DNA of 64,000 nt, taken from NCBI RefSeq assembly GCF_001194135.2, contig NC_068988.1:48221062-48285061 (forward strand), read 5' to 3'. The notes under the pieces are model-generated. The model had not been told where the DNA came from, ran no database searches, and was given only the letters and a program-made list of their open reading frames with translations. Both the position numbers and the translations under genes were made by a program. Every line of letters starts with the position of its first letter. Positions within the stretch are counted from its first letter, which is position 1. This stretch comes from Octopus bimaculoides (lineage: Eukaryota). This document shows positions 55,043-64,000 of the stretch, piece after piece.

Positions 55043-56992
55043 TGTGAGCTCATTATGGTGTACAAATATGCTAAAAATCTCTGTATGCAAAAAAGTAAAT
55101 ATAAAATTTGTATCTAAAAGTTCTTTTCTGCACCTCTTCGAGTTTTATTTCTTGGTTCAATGTGTCTACGAGTAGGAGTGGGGTTTAAATCTAAACGTTC
55201 ATTTATTTTATACATACGACATAATATACTTTTCAAGTGACACGCAGTATTTGAAAATAACTCGCAATTTGATTGGTTGATAAGATCCTGCAGTGTTAGC
55301 CTTGAAAATATAGGTAGAATATACGGCAACTAGACTAAAATTTAAGATGAAAAACGGAAAACAGGAAAGTAGAGAAAAAGGAAAAGAAAAGAATAAAAAA
55401 AAATAAATGAAAGAATAAGAAGATATTTTGAACGATTATATTGTATACATATTTAAGAAATACTGTATTAACGATATATGCAAATGAAAAATATAAAAGT
55501 GAAAAGAAGAAAAAACCAGACGGATGTAGTAAGAAGACACTAAAGCAATAACTACAAAGTAAGAGATGGTGCGATTATATAGTATACCGATCTGAAGAAA
55601 ACTTACATAAACTGTATATGTAAATGAACAAATGAGAGAAATAAGAAATGATGAGAAAAGGAAAGAAATGAATAAAAAGTTTTCAAGTGATCGTATATCT
55701 TGATATAAAAGCTATATAAACGATAACTGTAGAGCATTAAATATAAATTTATAAAGATATAAAATTAATTATAGAAACTTATTGACGTGTAAATGTCCGA
55801 TGATATGGTATATGGGATATAAATCTTTGGAGTTATAGCACATAATTAATAATATACGATTAACAATGAGGGTCCTTGTAATTCTTGTGTTGAAATGACG
55901 GGTTATAACTGCAAAATGAAATTAATTCTGAGTTTCTTTTGAGAATATTTCCATTAGAGAATATAATAGTCTATTTCAGCGATATTCTATGCTGCGAAAA
56001 ACTGTGTGTTGGCTATAGGCTGTTGCTTAGTCAAGACTTTTACATTTGTCGACGATATTTCTATATTTATTGTTGAACCCCACCAAATATCTACTTAAGT
56101 GGTCGGAGTTCTGACGTTAGATATATTTTGGTCATATCGTATTTTAAAAGGATATGTTGTTAGTACAATGGATTTCTTAATCAACGGTTCATTAGATAGA
56201 CGATTCTCTCGTGCAAAAATACAATAGAGCTTTTCAAACATCTATTATTCAAAACATGTTTTACGATTTATACAATTATGCAGATGAATGAAAGTGGCTT
56301 CGAGTTTCTTATGGTTGATATTTATAAAATATGAAACCGAACTTCAACAACTGTAAGGTAGGACGAATAATTGCCACAGCTATTTGAAAGACGGCAACAA
56401 CAATAGCAAGACCGGAAGCAATACCAAAAGGAAAAAAAACCGTATCGGTAAGAACAACATTAACATTAACTACAACACAAACGGTAACAACAAAAACAGC
56501 TATAAGAAGTATAGTAAGTATATAAACAATAACATAGCAAAAACCACAACAACTGCAACAGTACAAACAAATGTAACACAAGCTAAAAGACCTACAATAT
56601 TGTAGAGGATAGCGTTATTACTGGTCTTGTATTACCGCTATATGTGTTGCTATTGTTATTCTTGTTGTCCTTCTTATTTATTATTTTAGATGTCATTGCC
56701 ATCATTGATGTGATTGCTGCTGTGACTTTTGTTGTTGTTGTTGCTATTCTTCTTACCTTTATTATTGTAAGTCACAACACCAACAACAATGATGAGAAAA
56801 ACAATGATAATAACAACATGACTGCAGCTATTACGACGTCAACAACGACAACAGTTGCTTTAACAACAATAAATGTAATAACATGTATTGTTATCTAACG
56901 ATAAAGACATTAAGTGATGCAACAACAATAATATTAATGGTAACAATAACAACGACAATAACAACAGCAATAACGCAACCATTACGATGACA

Positions 56993-56998
56993 ATAATG

Positions 56999-57073
<75 letters not shown>
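56993..57073. repeat. (AAT)n microsatellite within a degenerate AAC/AAT field
   Basis: Directly visible. Confidence 0.95.
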
Positions 57074-57075
<2 letters not shown>

Positions 57076-57224
57076 TGTAATAACGACAAAGACGATAGTA
57101 ACAACAACAATGAAGATAATAACAAAATTATCGATAACAGCAACAATATAGACAATTACAATAACAATAGCAATAACAATATAATACACAGAGAAGGAAG
57201 CTCTCCATTCAGTCACTTTTCTAA

Positions 57225-57560
57225 ACGTTCATCAGTAAATCCTGTTTCAGCAGCAAATACGTCATGAGGTAACTTAATAAAGCAAAGAAGTTCAATACGC
57301 TGGTGATGATTACAACACAGTACCAACACTAATGGTTAGAGAGAGATGCTAGAATTACTTTAGCAACACTCTATGTCTTCAGCCATTGCAAATGTGCTTT
57401 CAAACCTGCTAAGTTTACAAGGCAGATGGTGGGGGAGGTAGGGAATAATACAAAATATTGCAGCATAATGTATGGCCACTTAGACAGCTAGGATGAAGAT
57501 TTATCGGTGATTTGCACTAATAAAATTTAACAAACGCTTTGCAAGAAGGACATTGAACGC
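57225..57560 (-). mobile_element. Probable old LINE 3' relic
   Basis: Minus-strand IKLPHDVFAAETGFTDERLEK*L resembles the CR1-type WN.LP.DVV.A....FK.RLDK.L terminus. Confidence 0.35.
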
Positions 57561-58351
57561 TAAATGATGTTAAATGAATATAATCCAATATGATATAGCA
57601 CCTTCATTAGTTATAAAACTAAGTTTCTCTTCTCATTTGCATAAATGGATTTTGTTGTCATTTTTTTCTCTCCTTTCCTCTTTCCTCAATTTTTATGTAT
57701 TTATTTATTCATCCACACATTCATTCATTCGTTCAGCATTCGTTGCTTTTCATTTTGCTTTCTTGCTTTCTCCATTTCATTCCATTTGCGCAGTGAAACC
57801 ATTATATAGCACTATAAATAAAGGTTAAATTTAAATATTCAATTAGTTTCATTTAATAATAGTACAGCTTAAAAATATGCAGGAAGCACAAATGCAACTG
57901 AATTTAAACATTTGTTGTTTTTGTTCTTGTGTTATTTCTCTCCTAATTTAAGTTAATTAAAGAAAATGTCTAAATATCGGTTATTATTTTTGACTCAGTT
58001 ACAAAGAGTTAAAAATGATTATCTCCTTCCCAGTTTTAGTGGTGGATGGATGCTGCAAGTGAATACAAGGAATATTTTAATAGATTTTGTAATCACTGCA
58101 TTTGGCAAACTTTATGATTAATTTTCTGGTGCCTAACCACTTTGTTAATCGTTTCAACTGCAGCTTTTAGTAACGACATATAACGTAATAATGAATGCAC
58201 GTGATATTCATATTTTTGATTTCTTTCTATGCCATCAGGTCGACTGGCGCCCTCGGTGACTTCATCTTGACAAATAATTTGAATTTGAGATGCAATATTC
58301 GTGGGATAATACAGTAGTAATGGTTTTATGTTGCCATTATTTAAAAGCCTT

Positions 58352-58895
58352 GAGGCAGCGAACTGGCAGAATCATTAGCACGCTGGACGAAATGCTTAGC
58401 GGTATTTCGCCTGTCGCTACGTTTTGAGTTCAAATTCCGCCGAGGTCGACTTTGACTTTCTTTCTTTCGGGGTCGATGAATTAAGTACCAGTGAAACATT
58501 GAAATCGATGCAATCGACTAGGCTCTTCCAATCAAATTTCAGGCCTTGTGCCTTTAGTAGAAAGGATTATTCAAGAGCTTTGAGGCAGCGAGCTGGCAGA
58601 ATCCTTAGCACGCTGGAAGAAATGCTTAGCGGTATATTATCCGTCTGTACGTTCTGAGTTCGAATTCTACCGAGGTCGACTTTACTTTTCTTCCTTTCAG
58701 GATCGATACGATAAGTGATAGTTAAGCAATATAGTCAATGTTATCGATTTAAACCCTTCCCCGAAACTATTGGCCTGGTGCCAAAAATTGAAGACATTTA
58801 GAAATTTAAGATAGCGAGTTCGCAGAATCCTAAGCACGACTGGTAAAATGTTTAGAGGAATTTCGTCCGTTTTATTGAGTCCAAATTCCGCCGCG
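58352..58895 (+). mobile_element. Three head-to-tail SINE family A copies
   Basis: Heads at 58352 (gaggcagcgaactggcagaatc), 58582 (gaggcagcgagctggcagaatc) and ~58811 (agcgagttcgcagaatcc). Confidence 0.9.
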
Positions 58896-60584
58896 GTACC
58901 ATTTCAATAGGTTATCTCTGGATAACAACTGACACTTGATTTTTCCATTTGCCAGATTCTTTTCCAGCTCAAATGCAGTTAGTCCTTAATAGCGATCGAT
59001 TGCTATGATTGTTGTTTTCGTTGTTGTCTAGACCGAATCAGACTTAAATCATAAACATGATCAAATTAGTTCCAGCGATTACAAGATCTGTTTTGGTAGT
59101 TATTTTTAACTGTGAATTGAATCTGAGATGTGATGTTTCTAAACTGTCTAGCAGATGCAGAGAGACTCCTGTGCCCGGTCTGTTAATTTGTCCTGGTTTG
59201 TGTTCACGGTTAGTTTCTTTTACAATATAACTATAGTCGTTGCTTTTGGAGATCATGGTAGATTTTTTTTGTTATGTTGAAATCACAACAGTATGTCAGC
59301 CCTAAACGAGTAGATGAAAAGTATTCTACACCTGATTATACCATTTTTGTGTTGACACATGGAATTGCTTGAACATACTACCCAATGTGATTCATTTTTT
59401 AAGAAGGTGGTGTGTAATCTTAAAGAGACACGGCAGCTATGTCTAGCGGGCTGGTTGATCATATAGATGCTACCCTATTGGCTCTAATTCTTAATGTTTG
59501 GAATATATAAAGCAAAGAATATTAGCTTAATATACACGCAAAACTCACTTGCATACACACACAGAGATATGGTCTCGTATGCCATCGGGCATGGTTCCTC
59601 AGCTTTCTATAAGAACCTTGACACCTCACTTTTTTTTAAGATCATCATTAAAATTTCCTATCACACATTCCTTAAGTTCAGATACCCTTGGGGGACATTG
59701 CCTTTTCGTAAGAGACCTCATTCTCGAACTTGCTTTTGTTTGAAATCAATATCTGTTGTATTTTACTTCACTTCGTTGGTTCTCACTTTACCACATTCCC
59801 CATGTTCTTCCTACATATGACAACAAGAGATTGGGATGCTACAACTTTTCATAGCTTCTAGAGAGCCCTGCAATGACGAAAGAGAGTCCTCGATTTCCCG
59901 CTGAAGTCCGGGCCCTGGTGCTTCAAGAAGTCATTTCCCTTGTCCATAAGTCACTTTACTTGGAGCTGCGACAGAGAGCATTCTGAGAACAGTAGTTCCA
60001 TGAAGCATTCTTCAAACTAAGTCTTGCTGTTGTTAACATTGCTGTTCGTGGTACCTCTTGCAATCTACCATTTTTCTGCATTCTTTTTGTCAAGTAACTT
60101 TTACTTCAGCAAGTTTAACAACTTAATCTTCCAAGCTGTGATACCGACAAGATTTCCCCGTAATCTAGTCCCTTAAAAAGAGTTCTGCTGCCTATAGATA
60201 TTGTTACCGTGGGTAGACGGATCATAATAAGAGTGATATCTATAACGATGGCACTACTACGTATGCAGTTCATACGAGTGCTCGTATCATATACTATTGT
60301 GGCACAAAAGTAACTAAAAAACAGGTATTTTGCATTTTTTGAATTGTATAGTGATTAAATGTTGGACAGAACAGCGGTAAAAATAGTTAAAATAATGTAA
60401 GGTTGCTTCGAATATAAAATAATGAAGTGATGACTACAAAAATATAAATAAATGCTATGATGGCGGCGCTGATAATCGATACGTTATATAAAGTATATCA
60501 ATAAAAAACTAGAATTTTATGCACGTAATGGATATAAATATGCAAGTTTGCGTCTGTGTGTGCATGTGTGTTTGTGTGTGTGTT

Positions 60585-60659
<75 letters not shown>

Positions 60660-61723
60660 CTGCATGAGCAAATGTACGCTCAAATACAGACACGAAACCA
60701 CATGTATATACACACGACACACAAACCTAGTCTTATGACGAGGGTGTTCATAATTCAAATAAAGTAGTGTTTATTCTAAGAATTTAGAAAATATTTCTCT
60801 CTCACACACAATCATCAGATATTCTCCGGTGAAGCCACGAATGCCATGAAGCTGAAAAACGTTTGGCAAGTCAGAAGAATAAACAATATCTATCTGATAA
60901 GTGTGTGTGTACACATATATACACACACACTTATATATAACATACTTTTATATGTTTATATATTATATAGGTATATATATATATATATANNNNNNNNNNN
61001 NNNNNNNNNNNNNNNNNNNNNNNNNNNNNNNNNNNNNNNNNNNNNNNNNNNNNNNNNNNNNNNNNNNNNNNNNNNNNNNNNNNNNNNNNNNNNNNNNNNN
61101 NNNNNNNNNNNNNNNNNNNNNNNNNNNNNNNNNNNNNNNNNNNNNNNNNNNNNNNNNNNNNNNNNNNNNNNNNNNNNNNNNNNNNNNNNNNNNNNNNNNN
61201 NNNNNNNNNNNNNNNNNNNNNNNNNNNNNNNNNNNNNNNNNNNNNNNNNNNNNNNNNNNNNNNNNNNNNNNNNNNNNNNNNNNNNNNNNNNNNNNNNNNN
61301 NNNNNNNNNNNNNNNNNNNNNNNNNNNNNNNNNNNNNNNNNNNNNNNNNNNNNNNNNNNNNNNNNNNNNNNNNNNNNNNNNNNNNNNNNNNNNNNNNNNN
61401 NNNNNNNNNNNNNNNNNNNNNNNNNNNNNNNNNNNNNNNNNNNNNNNNNNNNNNNNNNNNNNNNNNNNNNNNNNNNNNNNNNNNNNNNNNNNNNNNNNNN
61501 NNNNNNNNNNNNNNNNNNNNNNNNNNNNNNNNNNNNNNNNNNNNNNNNNNNNNNNNNNNNNNNNNNNNNNNNNNNNNNNNNNNNNNNNNNNNNNNNNNNN
61601 NNNNNNNNNNNNNNNNNNNNNNNNNNNNNNNNNNNNNNNNNNNNNNNNNNNNNNNNNNNNNNNNNNNNNNNNNNNNNNNNNNNNNNNNNNNNNNNNNNNN
61701 NNNNNNNNNNNNNNNNNNNNNNN

Positions 61724-61756
<33 letters not shown>

Positions 61757-62028
61757 GTATATACATATATATATATAGATATATATATATATATATATAC
61801 AAACATATATATATATGTGTATGCATATATGTATATGTATATATATATATATGTATATATGTATATACATATATAAATGTATATACAAATATATATATAA
61901 ATATATATATGTATATACACGAGCATACACATATGCATACGTATATTTATCTATGTGTGTGTGTATGTGTTCTTATTCTTATGTATATAACACACACAAA
62001 CACGCACACACACACACACGCACGCACG

Positions 62029-62093
<65 letters not shown>

Positions 62094-62573
62094 ATGTTAG
62101 TATGTGTGTGTAGATATTTGCGTATCGTCTACAAAAGTGAGGCAATCTGGAATATATACGATTTGCATCTATGAAAGTATGTACGTATGCATGAACAAAA
62201 ATACTTTTGAAATTATATTGCAAACCTACAAAAGACTCTCAAAATCTGGATACAAAAAACTACAAACAAATAATATGAAATTGAAAGAAAATCATACGAA
62301 AAGAAAGTAGCTAACTGAAAAATTTAAAAGTGCATTGAAAATACTGAGTAAATATTCAAGGAAAATAGATCTAATAATAGAATTTACTCTACGTACGCAA
62401 GTTTATGTATCATAATGCCCACACAGAAACACACGCACACACATATATGCGTATACATACACTCGTACATACACATTTTCTGTGCATTAATATATTTTCC
62501 TCTTTATTCGTGTATGTATATACACGTATATACATAGATGCATATAAATGCATAAACGCAAATAACCACATAT

Positions 62574-62608
<35 letters not shown>

Positions 62609-63381
62609 NNNNNNNNNNNNNNNNNNNNNNNNNNNNNNNNNNNNNNNNNNNNNNNNNNNNNNNNNNNNNNNNNNNNNNNNNNNNNNNNNNNNNNNNNNNN
62701 NNNNNNNNNNNNNNNNNNNNNNNNNNNNNNNNNNNNNNNNNNNNNNNNNNNNNNNNNNNNNNNNNNNNNNNNNNNNNNNNNNNNNNNNNNNNNNNNNNNN
62801 NNNNNNNNNNNNNNNNNNNNNNNNNNNNNNNNNNNNNNNNNNNNNNNNNNNNNNNNNNNNNNNNNNNNNNNNNNNNNNNNNNNNNNNNNNNNNNNNNNNN
62901 NNNNNNNNNNNNNNNNNNNNNNNNNNNNNNNNNNNNNNNNNNNNNNNNNNNNNNNNNNNNNNNNNNNNNNNNNNNNNNNNNNNNNNNNNNNNNNNNNNNN
63001 NNNNNNNNNNNNNNNNNNNNNNNNNNNNNNNNNNNNNNNNNNNNNNNNNNNNNNNNNNNNNNNNNNNNNNNNNNNNNNNNNNNNNNNNNNNNNNNNNNNN
63101 NNNNNNNNNNNNNNNNNNNNNNNNNNNNNNNNNNNNNNNNNNNNNNNNNNNNNNNNNNNNNNNNNNNNNNNNNNNNNNNNNNNNNNNNNNNNNNNNNNNN
63201 NNNNNNNNNNNNNNNNNNNNNNNNNNNNNNNNNNNNNNNNNNNNNNNNNNNNNNNNNNNNNNNNNNNNNNNNNNNNNNNNNNNNNNNNNNNNNNNNNNNN
63301 NNNNNNNNNNNNNNNNNNNNNNNNNNNNNNNNNNNNNNNNNNNNNNNNNNNNNNNNNNNNNNNNNNNNNNNNNNNNNNNNN

Positions 63382-63419
<38 letters not shown>

Positions 63420-63920
63420 TTCTCCTGTATACATATATGTAAACATGTAAATAAGTAAAGGAAAACAAAAGAAGTCACTAAACAATAACTTTAGATGAAA
63501 TAGCGTAGATGAATCATTATTATTCACCAATGGAAATAATATATAAATATGATAGAAAAATGCGAGATATTAATTCAGTATCGCTTTTGTTAAGCGAAAT
63601 ATTAATATATGATTTAACTGATTGAGAAACACAGACGTTTTCCATTTTTTTTCTGCAAATACAGCTTCAAATATTTGTAATATTTGGCTCTATCATTATA
63701 TGACACCACCGTCCTCAAGCTCAAAAACAGACAGACAGACAGCGCTATATTTTGATTATCGCGTGAATTGGAAAATAGAGTCGTTACGATTTCTATCGCA
63801 AGGCATACTTCATATTTGGTCATGTGTATATTGCAGATGGTTCTGAATTTTCCTGTAATTCACACTTCAAAGTTTTTGGTCTGTGAGTGATGTGAATGTA
63901 GTATGAATTTTGTCTGTCTG

Positions 63921-63987
<67 letters not shown>

Positions 63988-64000
63988 CCCCTCTCTCTCT

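Noticed and set aside
59850-60270. Possible second R4/Dong 3' relic on the minus strand (LQEVPRTAMLTTAR)
   Set aside because: A single weak motif, too degenerate to call without a profile search.

Overview
Repeat-dominated eukaryotic genomic DNA: AT-rich, with dense di/tri/tetra-nucleotide microsatellites and many N gaps, most of them flanked by (AT)n. The tRNA-derived SINE families and overall texture resemble octopus / coleoid cephalopod DNA; this is recalled, not searched. I found no supportable host protein-coding exon, and nearly all ORFs in the track are translations of microsatellites or gaps. The window holds about 20 copies of three SINE families, a full-length but dead mariner with TIRs and TA TSDs (14316-15582) and mariner-derived MITEs. 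It also holds an R4/Dong-type LINE 3' relic with a restriction-like endonuclease, several old CR1/L2-group LINE relics and a degenerate tRNA-Ala(AGC) gene. The most unusual structures are two DNA-level inverted duplications. One is a ~4.6 kb degraded palindrome (about 1990-6600) with a near-identical inner zone and a much more diverged outer zone. The other has ~600 bp arms (17227-17821 / 19027-19630). I see no evidence of a novel multi-gene system. Coordinates of degenerate relics are approximate, and identities are manual counts.
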